DNA of 30,618 nt from Chloroflexota bacterium. GTDB lineage: Bacteria > Chloroflexota > UBA11872 > UBA12225. The stretch covers positions 1 to 30,618 of the forward strand of contig DASTZM010000633.1 of the NCBI GenBank assembly GCA_035764305.1. The letters run 5' to 3'. Made by a program: the position numbers and the translations under genes. The number at the start of each line of letters is the position of its first letter. The first letter of the stretch is position 1. The notes beneath the pieces were generated by a model. It saw nothing but the letters and a program-made list of their open reading frames with translations, had not been told where the DNA came from and searched no databases. Below, in pieces: positions 21,121 to 30,182 of this stretch.

Positions 21121-21658
21121 GCGCTGCTCCACCGGTGGCTGGGTACTCGTAGGGCAGATCGAACATCCCCGCCTTGAGCCCGCTGCACTCGTAGATCGTC
21201 TTGCCGTCCACCGCCACTGTCCCATCCGCCACGATCGTCGGCTGAGGCTCGCGCACCAGGCGTCGCACCGAGAGCTCGTACGACACGCGCTCATGGTGCG
21301 GTCGGATCTCGCCGCTGAACGTCACCGCCCCGCAGCCGAGCGCCCGCCCGTTGCCGCGGCAGCCGGACCAGGCCATGAAGAACCCGCACAGCTGCCAGAG
21401 CGCGTCGAGTCCCAGGCAGCCGGGCATCACTGGATCCCCACGGAAGTGGCACACGAAGAACCAGTCGTCATAGACGACGTCCTTCTCCGCCACCACGAGC
21501 CCGCGGTCGTGCGCCCCGCCGTCCGCCGTGATGCGGCTGATGCGGTCGAACATCAGGAACGGCGGTGCCGGCAGGCGAGAGCGCGGATCCTGATCCGGCA
21601 GCGTTCCCCAGGCGTTGGCGAGCAGCTCGCGCTTTCCGTACGAGCCCTGACGGATCAC
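21107..21658 (-). CDS. fabA: FabA-like 3-hydroxyacyl-ACP dehydratase/isomerase
   Basis: LPAPPFLMFDRI, WFFVCHFRGDPVMPGCLGLDALWQLCGFFMAW (His/Asp dyad), GRALGCGAVTFSG, near-identical to FabA signatures. Confidence 0.9.
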   Translation of the reverse strand: MIRQGSYGKRELLANAWGTLPDQDPRSRLPAPPFLMFDRISRITADGGAHDRGLVVAEKDVVYDDWFFVCHFRGDPVMPGCLGLDALWQLCGFFMAWSGCRGNGRALGCGAVTFSGEIRPHHERVSYELSVRRLVREPQPTIVADGTVAVDGKTIYECSGLKAGMFDLPYEYPATGGAAHGPA

Positions 21659-22110
21659 GCCGTCACTCGCGTCCCGCTGGCCACTCGCGTTGCTCCAACC
21701 ACCACGAACGCGCCGGCGTACTCGTGCTCGTCGGTCAGGCTGATACTGACGCTGACGTGCCCATCCTTCTCGAGCTCAGCCAGCAATCGCGCCGCCTCGC
21801 CGTGAAACGCCAGCGCCGGCACGCGCGAGCCGAGCCGGCGCACCACCTCGTAGTCGCGAAAGCACGCCAGGCCGTCGGTCGTCCGCCCGGACCGCAGCGC
21901 CAGGTCGCACAGCGCCTTATACGCAGCCTCCTTCGCGGCCCACCGGGACGCGAAGTAGGCCGCTGGGTCGCTCCGCTCGCGCGATTCGGTCACCTCAGCC
22001 GCGGTGTACGCGCGCTCGATGAACCGCGGACGGAGCAACCGGCGGAACTCGGGAACAAACACCAGGTCGTGCCCGGCGGCAACGGTCACCGCCCCACTCC
22101 CGAGAGCCAT
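21655..22110 (-). CDS. acpS: Holo-ACP synthase (AcpS-type 4'-phosphopantetheinyl transferase)
   Basis: GHDLV, RAYTAAEV, SRWAAKEAAYKAL, SVSISLTDE. Confidence 0.85.
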   Translation of the reverse strand: MALGSGAVTVAAGHDLVFVPEFRRLLRPRFIERAYTAAEVTESRERSDPAAYFASRWAAKEAAYKALCDLALRSGRTTDGLACFRDYEVVRRLGSRVPALAFHGEAARLLAELEKDGHVSVSISLTDEHEYAGAFVVVGATRVASGTRVTA

Positions 22111-22116
22111 TCCGAA

Positions 22117-22161
22117 ACACTACGCGCGCCCGCGTGCCCACGCATCCGGGAAAACCCCTAG
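22117..22161 (-). promoter_or_regulatory. fab-operon promoter: palindromic operator and -10 element, leaderless
   Basis: ATCCGGG-AAAA-CCCCTAG (22144-22161), 21 bp, TAGTGT (22122-22117), 6 nt, then ATG 22110. Confidence 0.65.
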
Positions 22162-23342
22162 AGTCGCCCCGCCGCGATCGCTTCACGCTTCACCGTGTCA
22201 GCGGTACGTGTGAGCCGCTTGTGGGAATGCGCGAAGAAGCGCTTGAACGAGCCGCAGAAGTAGGGCAGCGTGTGCTCGGCTGCGCCGCTGCCGATGATGC
22301 GGTAGCGCGGGCAGTCCCCGTGGCACAGCGCCCGCCACGCGCATCCGTCGCAGTCGGCGTGCAGTTTCGGCTTCATCGCCGCGAAGGACCGGAACCGGTC
22401 GCTCGCCAGCATCTCCTCCAGCGGCGTCTGGTGTACGTTCCCCAGTTTCCACGGCGTCTCGACGAAGAAGTCGCACGGGTAACAGTCGCCGTTGTGCTCC
22501 AGCACGATGTAGCCACACGACGGCGCCAGCTGGCACGTCGATGCCCGCCCCAGCACGAGCAGCTCGATCAGGTTGTCGAAGTACCGGATGCGCAGCTTGC
22601 GGAACCCGACGTCCAGCCACGCGTCGAACAGCCCGTTCAGGAACTCGCCGTACTGCTCGGGCGTCACCGAGTACTCCGTGAGGCCCGCCCCGCCGTTGCA
22701 CGACGAGTGCCCGCCCCCCGGCTCGACGCACGGGATGAATTGGAGGTGCTCGATTCCCAGCTTGGCGAAGTACCGCAACAGCTCGCGCGGGCGCTCCACG
22801 TTCGCCGCCGAGACGACGCACAGCACGTTGAATTCCACCTTGTGCCGTCGCAGCAGCTCCACCGCGCGCAGCACGCGCTCGTGCTGTCCGCGGCCTGCCC
22901 GGTCGACGCGATACCGGTCGTGCCACTCGGGCGGCCCGTCCAGACTCAGCCCGATCAGGAAGCGGTTCTCGGCGAAGAAGCGCGCCCAGCTGTCGTCGAG
23001 CAGCGTGCCGTTGGTCTGCAAGGCGTTCGCCACCTCCCACCCCGCGCCGCGCAGAACGCCATGCGCGCGGGACGCCTTGATCTGGAGCTCGACCACCTGC
23101 TTGAACCAGTCCAGCCCCATCATCGTCGGCTCGCCGCCCTGCCAGGCGAAGACCATCTGCGGGGCGCTCAGTCTCGCGTACTGGTCCAGGAACACGCGGA
23201 ACGTGTCCAGCGTCATCCCCGGGTTCGTCGACCATGGGTACAGCGCCTGCTTCTCCAGATAGAAGCAGTACGTGCAGTTCAGGTTGCACCGGCTCGAAGC
23301 CGGCTTGATCAGGACGCTGGCCGGTCTGAGAGCACGGTCCAC
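22158..23342 (-). CDS. Radical SAM/SPASM protein, anaerobic sulfatase maturase (AtsB/AslB) family
   Basis: IKPASSRCNLNCTYCFY (CxxxCxxC), WQGGEP, QTNGTLL, SLDGP; SPASM cysteines CQLAPSC, YPCDF, CDGCAWRALCHGDCP, FC. Confidence 0.9.
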   Translation of the reverse strand: MDRALRPASVLIKPASSRCNLNCTYCFYLEKQALYPWSTNPGMTLDTFRVFLDQYARLSAPQMVFAWQGGEPTMMGLDWFKQVVELQIKASRAHGVLRGAGWEVANALQTNGTLLDDSWARFFAENRFLIGLSLDGPPEWHDRYRVDRAGRGQHERVLRAVELLRRHKVEFNVLCVVSAANVERPRELLRYFAKLGIEHLQFIPCVEPGGGHSSCNGGAGLTEYSVTPEQYGEFLNGLFDAWLDVGFRKLRIRYFDNLIELLVLGRASTCQLAPSCGYIVLEHNGDCYPCDFFVETPWKLGNVHQTPLEEMLASDRFRSFAAMKPKLHADCDGCAWRALCHGDCPRYRIIGSGAAEHTLPYFCGSFKRFFAHSHKRLTRTADTVKREAIAAGRL

Positions 23343-24643
23343 GATGCCGTCACCTCCGGTACTTCGATGCGCCTAGACGGCAGCCAGTGCCGTCCGATCC
23401 GGACGGCGTTGACGACGAACGCTCCCGCGCCCGCCGACATCGCTACGCCCGCGGTCACAGCCAGCGCCTCCGCTCCGAGCAGCGGCGCCAGACCTCCCAG
23501 CGCCACTCCCATCACCCAGCACCCCCACCCGAACATGGCCACCCGCCGGCCGAACAGGTCGTCCAGCCGTGGCACGCGCTGCTTGCCCGCCAGCGGCGCG
23601 AAGCGGTGCAGCCAGGTCAGGAACGTGCCGATCTTGTAGAAGAACCCTTGGATCGATGTCTGCGCCCATCCGGCAATCGTCCACCACGCCGCCACGCGCC
23701 ACAGCCCATCGTCCGCGGCACGCTGTTGCGCGAAGCCCTGGACAAGCAGCGTTGTCGCCGCAAGGCCGAACACCGCGGCGGCGAGCGAAAACGGCATGTG
23801 CACGTCGAACGTGCGCCGCCGCCGGTGTCGGTACAGCAGGAAGAGCTGCGCCGCGAACAACACCTGGCCAGTGAAGAGGAACACCGCCCCTGCGGTCAGC
23901 ACCGCGTTTCCCAAACCCGTCAGCAGCGCGGCCGCCGTCGTCCACGCGCCGAGCACCGTCGTGGCGAGTGCCGCCAGCGCCAGCTCCCAGCGCAGCGCGT
24001 CCTCACTCAGCGTGAACATCCCTACCAACCTGTAGCTCACCCCCATCAACATGGGAGTTACCCACCCGCCCAGCATGAGCGTGGCGTGCGCCGCCAGCGC
24101 CGGGTACGTCAGCTCCTCCAGGAAGCCCACCCGCTTGCTCAGCGCCAGCAGGAGCCCCGCCACGGCGGCCCACGCCAGACCGACGCAGCCCGCCGACACG
24201 TGCCAGGAAATCAGCCCCGGGTGCCGTTCACGCGCCAGCGTCTTCACCACAACCCCCAGGTAGAGCGCGACAGCCCCGAACGCCAGCGCCCCGCCAATCG
24301 CCACCAGTGCGCTCTGCTGGCTTCCCAAACCCAAGACAAACGCCACCACGCCCGGCGCCAGCAGCCACCAGGACATGCGCGCCAGGCGTATAGACCCGAG
24401 CGGCACGCCAAGCACCACCGGCAGCAGCTGGTAGCTTGCGCCCATCATCCCTGCGCCGATCACGCCCAGCGTGTTCACGTGCACGAACGCCGTCAGGTGC
24501 GGGTCATAGAAGGCACCCAGCAATAGAGGCACGTGCCACGGGTACACCAGCGCCATCAACGCGAATGACGCGACCCCCACTGCCAGGAACCGCAGCGGCA
24601 GGTCGAGCGGCGGCGCGTGGCGCGCCGACAGGCCCGCCGTCAC
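23309..24643 (-). CDS. Polytopic membrane protein, heme-copper-oxidase-subunit-I-like / NnrS-like family
   Basis: About 12 TM segments with repeated H-x3-LG motifs (HVNTLG...YQLLPV, HATLMLGGW...YRLVGMF). This family is typically found next to DUF2249 and DUF59 genes. Confidence 0.7.
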   Translation of the reverse strand: MTAGLSARHAPPLDLPLRFLAVGVASFALMALVYPWHVPLLLGAFYDPHLTAFVHVNTLGVIGAGMMGASYQLLPVVLGVPLGSIRLARMSWWLLAPGVVAFVLGLGSQQSALVAIGGALAFGAVALYLGVVVKTLARERHPGLISWHVSAGCVGLAWAAVAGLLLALSKRVGFLEELTYPALAAHATLMLGGWVTPMLMGVSYRLVGMFTLSEDALRWELALAALATTVLGAWTTAAALLTGLGNAVLTAGAVFLFTGQVLFAAQLFLLYRHRRRRTFDVHMPFSLAAAVFGLAATTLLVQGFAQQRAADDGLWRVAAWWTIAGWAQTSIQGFFYKIGTFLTWLHRFAPLAGKQRVPRLDDLFGRRVAMFGWGCWVMGVALGGLAPLLGAEALAVTAGVAMSAGAGAFVVNAVRIGRHWLPSRRIEVPEVTASWTVLSDRPAS

Positions 24644-25212
24644 CGCGCTGCCGCTCCCGGCTTTCTAATCGTCAGCTCCACCCGTTCCGCGCCGACCTCA
24701 CGTGTCTCATGGGTGTACCCCATCGCGTCCAGCCGGGGGTACAGGTAGATCGGCACGCGTGAGTGGCGTACGTGCAGCGCGCCGCCCGGCGCGAGCGTTT
24801 CCAGCGCCTCCAGGATCTTCACCATCGGCTCAGGAGGCGGGAGTCCGCTCACGTCTAGCTCGAGCGCTAGCGCCATGCCAGTCGGCGGCGGCGTCGGCGA
24901 AGTCGGCGCAACCGCCCGTTCCTCGGGGGCATCCCGCGCCGCGTCCTCCGGCAGCCCGGCAGCCGCGTTGAGCGCGCGGCACAGCTCCGCCGGCCCCATC
25001 CCTGCCACGCGCGCCGCCTGCGCCACGCTGATCCGCGGCGCGCGCAGTGCCCGCAGCACCGGGTTGCGCAGCCGGTTGAACCCCGGGTACAGCCCCGCCA
25101 GCGTCTCGAGCAGCGCCGGGTACCGGTCGAGCACGTCCGAGATCCGCCAGTCGGGATCGATCGACTCCTCGGCCCGCCGCTGCGCCGGCGCGAGCGCCGG
25201 TCCATCAGTCAT
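24640..25212 (-). CDS. DUF1858 + DUF2249 (SirA/TusA-like) domain protein
   Basis: N-terminal ISDVLDRYP...FNRLRNPVLR...SVAQAA; C-terminal LDVSGLPPPEPMVKILEAL...RVPIYLYPRL. ATGA overlap with the upstream gene. Confidence 0.78.
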   Translation of the reverse strand: MTDGPALAPAQRRAEESIDPDWRISDVLDRYPALLETLAGLYPGFNRLRNPVLRALRAPRISVAQAARVAGMGPAELCRALNAAAGLPEDAARDAPEERAVAPTSPTPPPTGMALALELDVSGLPPPEPMVKILEALETLAPGGALHVRHSRVPIYLYPRLDAMGYTHETREVGAERVELTIRKPGAAAR

Positions 25213-25544
25213 CCAGCCCACCCCAGCGCCGCGCGCCCCGCTTCGGTGACGCGCTCGGGCGACCACGCCGGCTCGAACACCAGCTGCACCCGCACCTCGC
25301 GTACGCCCGGCACGTGCGACGCGATCGCCCGCTCCGCGGCCTCGGTCAGGCTGTCGTGCAGGGGGCATCCCGGCGTCGTTAGCGTCATCGCGACGTGCAC
25401 TCGCCCTTCTGCGCGCTCGTCAAGGCCAATCCCATAGACCAGGCCGAGATCCACGACGTTGATCCCCAGCTCGGGATCGATCACCTCCCGCAGCGCGGCC
25501 AGCACGCTCTCATGGGTGATGGTGAAGGGGGCGCGGGCAGACAT
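25209..25544 (-). CDS. Metal-sulfur cluster assembly factor (DUF59 / SufT / PaaD-like)
   Basis: ALREVIDPELGINVVDLGLVY, MTLTTPGCPL, FEPAWSPE. Confidence 0.9.
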   Translation of the reverse strand: MSARAPFTITHESVLAALREVIDPELGINVVDLGLVYGIGLDERAEGRVHVAMTLTTPGCPLHDSLTEAAERAIASHVPGVREVRVQLVFEPAWSPERVTEAGRAALGWAG

Positions 25545-25576
25545 CTAGAGAACCCCGATCAAGGTGGTCGAGGTAC

Positions 25577-25621
25577 AGCCTACGCCTGTTAGGAGCCCGG
25601 CGCATCAGGGTTTTCCCCGAC
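25577..25621 (-). promoter_or_regulatory. DUF59-operon promoter: palindromic operator and -10 element
   Basis: ATCAGGG-TTTT-CCCCGAC (25604-25621), 21 bp, TAGGCT (25582-25577). Extra half-site AGAA-CCCCGAT at 25549-25559. Confidence 0.68.
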
Positions 25622-25630
25622 GGCCTGTGG

Positions 25631-27787
25631 CTACTGCGCCCGGAGCGCGTCCCCGGCCGAGTCGTACGTCAGGATCCGCACCCGGCTCCGCTCGATCACC
25701 ACCTCTCCGTCGTACACCGTGCGCCAGACGTTGCCGTCGTCCATCAGTTCCACGCGTACGCCCCGAGTGCCGGGTGAGATCGCGAGCGTCTCGACGCCGT
25801 ACGAGATCCCTTCCTTGTGCAGCCCGCCCGGCCGGTACTCGCGTTCCATCGCCGGCTGCCCCTGCACGGCGATGCGCAGGCGCACCGGGTGGCGCTCGCC
25901 GCCCAGCACCTGCGCCGCCGAGACGCCCTCCGGCAGGCGCGCCTGCTCCCCGCGCGAGAGGCCGCTGTCGCTGGCGGACACCACCTGTCCCTTGTGCGCC
26001 ACGACCACCCGAAGTTGACCAAGCTCCGCCGCCGCCGACGCGTCCGCGCGCCACTCCGCCAGGGCGCCGATGCCCGCGGCGATGGCGACCAGCGGCACGA
26101 GCGCCGCCAGCAGGCGCAGCACGCGCTGCGTGGAGCGCGCCCTCGGCACAGGCAGGTCGTCCGCGTCGTCCCGTTCCCCCGCGGCCGCGCCCGCCCGCTC
26201 CGTGAGCCGCTCGAGCGCCCGCCGCACCGCCGCGCTGTCGCCGGGGCCGACTTCGAGCCACGCCACCCCCTGGCGCTGCAGCGTGGCGCGCCGGCGCAGT
26301 CGCTCGTGCGTCCAGCGCGGCCCCTCGCGGTAGGCGCAGTCGTCGTGGGGGCCGCCCACCACCAGCGCCGCGCGCGCGCCGTCAAGTAGGCTCTGGCGCA
26401 CCCACTCGCCATGCACCATGCCGGCGCAGGGCACGCCGCACGCGATCACCGGCGCGCCGTCGAAGCGCTCCGGCACCGTACCGAGCTGCACGTGCCGCGC
26501 GCACGCGAACACCGCCACCGGTGCCTCACCGCGCGCACGCGCCTCCGCCACCCGCTCGAGCATGCTGCCCCGCACGCGCTCCGCGGCCAGCCCTGCTAGA
26601 TCGATTGCCTCCGTCGAGCACACGCCTACGCAGAGCCCGCACCCCGTGCACAGGCTGGGTGTGACTGCGGCCACCGTCGCGTAGGAGAGGCCGTCGGCCC
26701 GGGGCCGCATCTCGATCGCGCCGTACGGGCACTGTTCGGCACACAGTCTGCATCCCGTACATGCGGCGTCGGTTACCACCGCCGGACCGGCCGCGCGCCC
26801 GCGCAGCGCGCGCGGCAGAGCGAGTGCGGCGATCCCCACCGCCGCCGCCGTTCCCCAGACTGCCGGGCTCCCCAGCCGCTCCGCCAGCGGGAGAAAGCCG
26901 AGGAACCACGCGTCCAGGCGCATTTCGCCGACCACCCGCGTCAGGTCGGCCGGCGCGCCGCTCTGGACCGGCCGCCAGACGGCCGCCGCGGCGAGCGCCA
27001 CCACCACTTCAATCGCCAGCCAGCGCGGCGCCCACAGCCGGATACGCGAGAGGCGCATCACGTGCAGCCACACCCCGAGCAGGCCCAGGGCCGGGATGAA
27101 GACGTGCAGGAACAGCACGATGATGAACAGCGAGGCGCCGCGCGCCGCTGCCTCGGGGCTCGCGAACGCCAGTGCGGTTCCTTTGTTCATGCGCGCGACG
27201 TACTCTGTCAGCCACTGCGCGCGCTCGTCCCACACCAGCCAGTACCCCATCACGCCCACCGACCAGAAGACGCCGAGCATGGCCCACCCGGAGAGCCACG
27301 AGAGCCATCTCGCCCCCCAGAACCGGTCCCCCACGAGCATCTTGAGCGCGTGCAGCAGCAGCACCGCCATCAGCGTCTGGGATGCATAGCGGTGCACGCT
27401 CCGTATCGCCGATCCCACCGGCGACGCGCTGATCCCCGCCACCGACTGGTACGCGTGCTCTGCGTCCGGCTTGTAGAACAGCACCAGGTACACGCCGGTC
27501 ACGACGACGATGACCAGCAGCAGGAACGAGAGCCCTCCCAGGTGGTAGAGCGGATTGAGGGGGCGTCGCGCGGCGCGTTCAGTCTCGCCCGCCACGCCAA
27601 CCGCGCCGGCGCCGCCCAGGCGGTCCACCAGCGCCTCGATCTGGCCCCACAGGCCATCCACACGGCCCAGCACCACCCGGCGCAACGGCACGTCTTTCAC
27701 GTCTTGCACAGCCTGAGGCGCCAGGGCGGTCGGCGCCTCGAGGCTCGGTGGACTCTCGACACCCGGCGGTTGTTCTGTCGCGATCAT
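25631..27787 (-). CDS. Cytochrome b N-terminal domain + 2x[4Fe-4S] ferredoxin + MvhD/FlpD-like domain fusion
   Basis: Cytochrome b helices with His in VHRYAS, LLHAL, FLHVF and WLHVM; CTGCRLCAEQCP and CTGCGLCVGVCS; MvhD-like FAC...PCAGMV...GGPHDDCAYREG. GGAGA RBS before ATG 27787. Confidence 0.8.
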   Translation of the reverse strand: MIATEQPPGVESPPSLEAPTALAPQAVQDVKDVPLRRVVLGRVDGLWGQIEALVDRLGGAGAVGVAGETERAARRPLNPLYHLGGLSFLLLVIVVVTGVYLVLFYKPDAEHAYQSVAGISASPVGSAIRSVHRYASQTLMAVLLLHALKMLVGDRFWGARWLSWLSGWAMLGVFWSVGVMGYWLVWDERAQWLTEYVARMNKGTALAFASPEAAARGASLFIIVLFLHVFIPALGLLGVWLHVMRLSRIRLWAPRWLAIEVVVALAAAAVWRPVQSGAPADLTRVVGEMRLDAWFLGFLPLAERLGSPAVWGTAAAVGIAALALPRALRGRAAGPAVVTDAACTGCRLCAEQCPYGAIEMRPRADGLSYATVAAVTPSLCTGCGLCVGVCSTEAIDLAGLAAERVRGSMLERVAEARARGEAPVAVFACARHVQLGTVPERFDGAPVIACGVPCAGMVHGEWVRQSLLDGARAALVVGGPHDDCAYREGPRWTHERLRRRATLQRQGVAWLEVGPGDSAAVRRALERLTERAGAAAGERDDADDLPVPRARSTQRVLRLLAALVPLVAIAAGIGALAEWRADASAAAELGQLRVVVAHKGQVVSASDSGLSRGEQARLPEGVSAAQVLGGERHPVRLRIAVQGQPAMEREYRPGGLHKEGISYGVETLAISPGTRGVRVELMDDGNVWRTVYDGEVVIERSRVRILTYDSAGDALRAQ

Positions 27788-27806
27788 GGGTAAGTCTCCG
27801 GCTGGT

Positions 27807-30182
27807 CTAGTCAAGTGGGTAGCGGCGCAGTCGGAGCGCGTTGCCCGTCACCATCACGCTGCTCGCCACCATCGCCAGCGCCGCCAGCGATGGCTGCAAG
27901 TGGCCCGTCAGCGCGAGCGCCAGACCCACAACGTTGTAGGCGAACGCCCACGCCAGGTTCTGGCGCACCACCCGGCGCGTCTGCCGCGCGAGGCCGACCA
28001 GCCACGGCACCAGGCGCAGGTCATCGCGTAGCAGCACCACGTCCGCCGCGGCGCGCGAAACGTCGGTGCCAGTCCGGAGCGCGATTCCCACCGCCGCCGC
28101 CGCGAGCGCCGGTCCGTCGTTCACGCCGTCGCCTACCATTAGCGCGCCGCCGTCGTGCCGCCGCAGCCGTACCAGCTTGTCCTCGGGACTCTGCCCGCCA
28201 AACACCGGCACCCCCAGGCGCTGCTGCCACCGCGCGGCCGCCTCCGTCACGTCTCCCGTAAGCACCGCCACTGGCAGCCCCAGGCGGCGTAGGGCGCCTA
28301 CCGCGGCGCGCGCTTCCGGCCGCGCTTCCTCCGTCAACGCAAACGCCGCGCGGACCCGCCCCGCCCAGCCCGCGTAGACCGCACACATCCCCGCCGCGCG
28401 CCACGCCGCCGCCGTCCCGGCGAGCCCCCCGTCGCAGACCAGTCCGGCGTCGGCTGTCAGCCGCTCGTTGCCCACGGCCACCGCGACACCGTCCACCTCG
28501 CCAAGTGCCCCGCGCCCCGGTACCGCGCGCGCGCCCGCCGCGGTCGGCAGCGAGATCCCCCACTCACGCGAAGCGGCTACCAGGGCATGCGCGAATGGAT
28601 GGTCCAGCGCCGCTTCCACCGCGGCTGCGAGCGCCAGCGCGGAGTCTTCGCTCGCGCCCGCGGTGCGGACCGCCGCCAGCCGCATCACGGGCTGCGTCAC
28701 GGTCCCCGTCTTGTCCAGGTACGCCCCTCTCACCCCCGCCAGCCGCTCGAGCGCCGCCGCGCCCCGCACCACCGCGCCGGCCTGCGCGGCGCGCCCCACC
28801 GCCAACGAGAGCGTCAGCGGCGTCGCCAGTCCCAACGCGCACGGGCAGGCGATCAGCAGCACCGCGAGCGCCGTCAGGATGCCCGCCTCCGGTCCGGCCG
28901 CCCGTGCCCAGTACGCGTACGCCCCGCCCGCCAGCGCCGCCGCCAGCGGCACCAGCAGCATCGCCACCCGGTCTGCCAGGCGCTCCACCGGAGAGCGCCG
29001 CCACAGCGCATCATGCAGCAGGCGACCGATCTGGCCCGCCGCCGTCCACCGCCCCACCGCCAGCGCCACCACCTCGAAGGTCCCGTCTACGCTCCGCGTC
29101 CCCGCCAGTACGCGATCGCCCGTGCGGCGCGGCATGGGGAGCGCCTCGCCCGTCAGGAGGCTTTCGTCCACGTCTCCCGCCCCCAGCGCCACCAGCCCGT
29201 CCACCGGAAACGTCTCGCCAGGGCGGACACGCACCCGTGCGCCTGGCGCCAGCTCGTCCGCTGGTACCTCCTCCTCTCCCTCAGCCCTCACCCACCGCGC
29301 CACCGCCGGCAGTCGCTCCTGCAGCCTCGCAAGCGCGTCACTCCCGCGCTTCTGGGCCCGCACCTCCAGGTAGTGCCCAAAGGTGACCAGATACAGCAGC
29401 ATCGACGCCGTGTCAAAGTACGTGCGCGTGCCGCCCGTCTGAAGCACGCGGAGCGAATGCATCACCGCCGCGAGCGCGCCCAGCGCGATCAGCGTGTGCA
29501 TGTTCGGCCGGCCGCGCACAAAAGCCGCCGTGCCAGCGCGTAGGATCGGCAGTCCAAGGAGCCCCAGCACCGGAATCGCGCCCAGCAGCATCATCCACTG
29601 GAAGATGCGCACGATCCACTCGCTCTCCGGTGTCGCCCATCCGAGGAGCTCGCGCCCATAGACCATCCCGGACACGAGCATGTCGTGCACGACGAACAGC
29701 CCGGCCACCAGCAGCTTCTGGAAGAGCGCCTCTTCCTCGTCGTCCCCCTTCTCGCCGGGCAGCCATGCCCGGTAGCCGGCCCGCCTCACCGCCGAGACGC
29801 AGCGCCGCGTGTCGGTGCGCGCCGGGTCGTACGTCACCCGCGCCTGCCGCTGCGCCACGCTCACCTCGGCATCCAGCACTCCCGGCACACGCCGCAGTCG
29901 TTCGGAGATGAGCCAGCCGCACGAGGCGCACCACAGCCCGGAGAGACACAGGACCGTGGTGCACGCCTCGTGCGGCGGCTCCGCCGCGGCTGCCGGCGCG
30001 GCGTCCATCGCGCCCGTCGTGGGCGCTTCGGCCAGCAGCCGTGAGACTTCCAGGCAGGACGGGCAGCAGAACGCAAGGCCGGCTTGGTCGCGCAGCGGGT
30101 GCGGCGCGGGCAACCCGCACAGCGCACACGGTGTGTGCCCCTCAGTCGCTACGCGCGGGCCGGTTGCGAGCGTCGCTACCAC
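27807..30182 (-). CDS. ccoI: P1B-type Cu(I) ATPase, CcoI/FixI-like
   Basis: N-terminal CALC...CCPSC domain plus HMA WCASC; LLTGE, ACPCALGLATP, DKTGT, DHP, GDGVNDGPAL, YN and MVASS. GTG 30182 overlaps the upstream stop; exact start uncertain. Confidence 0.85.
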   Translation of the reverse strand: MVATLATGPRVATEGHTPCALCGLPAPHPLRDQAGLAFCCPSCLEVSRLLAEAPTTGAMDAAPAAAAEPPHEACTTVLCLSGLWCASCGWLISERLRRVPGVLDAEVSVAQRQARVTYDPARTDTRRCVSAVRRAGYRAWLPGEKGDDEEEALFQKLLVAGLFVVHDMLVSGMVYGRELLGWATPESEWIVRIFQWMMLLGAIPVLGLLGLPILRAGTAAFVRGRPNMHTLIALGALAAVMHSLRVLQTGGTRTYFDTASMLLYLVTFGHYLEVRAQKRGSDALARLQERLPAVARWVRAEGEEEVPADELAPGARVRVRPGETFPVDGLVALGAGDVDESLLTGEALPMPRRTGDRVLAGTRSVDGTFEVVALAVGRWTAAGQIGRLLHDALWRRSPVERLADRVAMLLVPLAAALAGGAYAYWARAAGPEAGILTALAVLLIACPCALGLATPLTLSLAVGRAAQAGAVVRGAAALERLAGVRGAYLDKTGTVTQPVMRLAAVRTAGASEDSALALAAAVEAALDHPFAHALVAASREWGISLPTAAGARAVPGRGALGEVDGVAVAVGNERLTADAGLVCDGGLAGTAAAWRAAGMCAVYAGWAGRVRAAFALTEEARPEARAAVGALRRLGLPVAVLTGDVTEAAARWQQRLGVPVFGGQSPEDKLVRLRRHDGGALMVGDGVNDGPALAAAAVGIALRTGTDVSRAAADVVLLRDDLRLVPWLVGLARQTRRVVRQNLAWAFAYNVVGLALALTGHLQPSLAALAMVASSVMVTGNALRLRRYPLD

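Noticed and set aside
18136-22110. Aryl polyene, ladderane or type II PKS cluster
   Set aside because: No chain-length factor, ketoreductase, AMP-ligase, glycosyltransferase or tailoring radical SAM of those types. The adjacent radical SAM enzyme is anSME-like.
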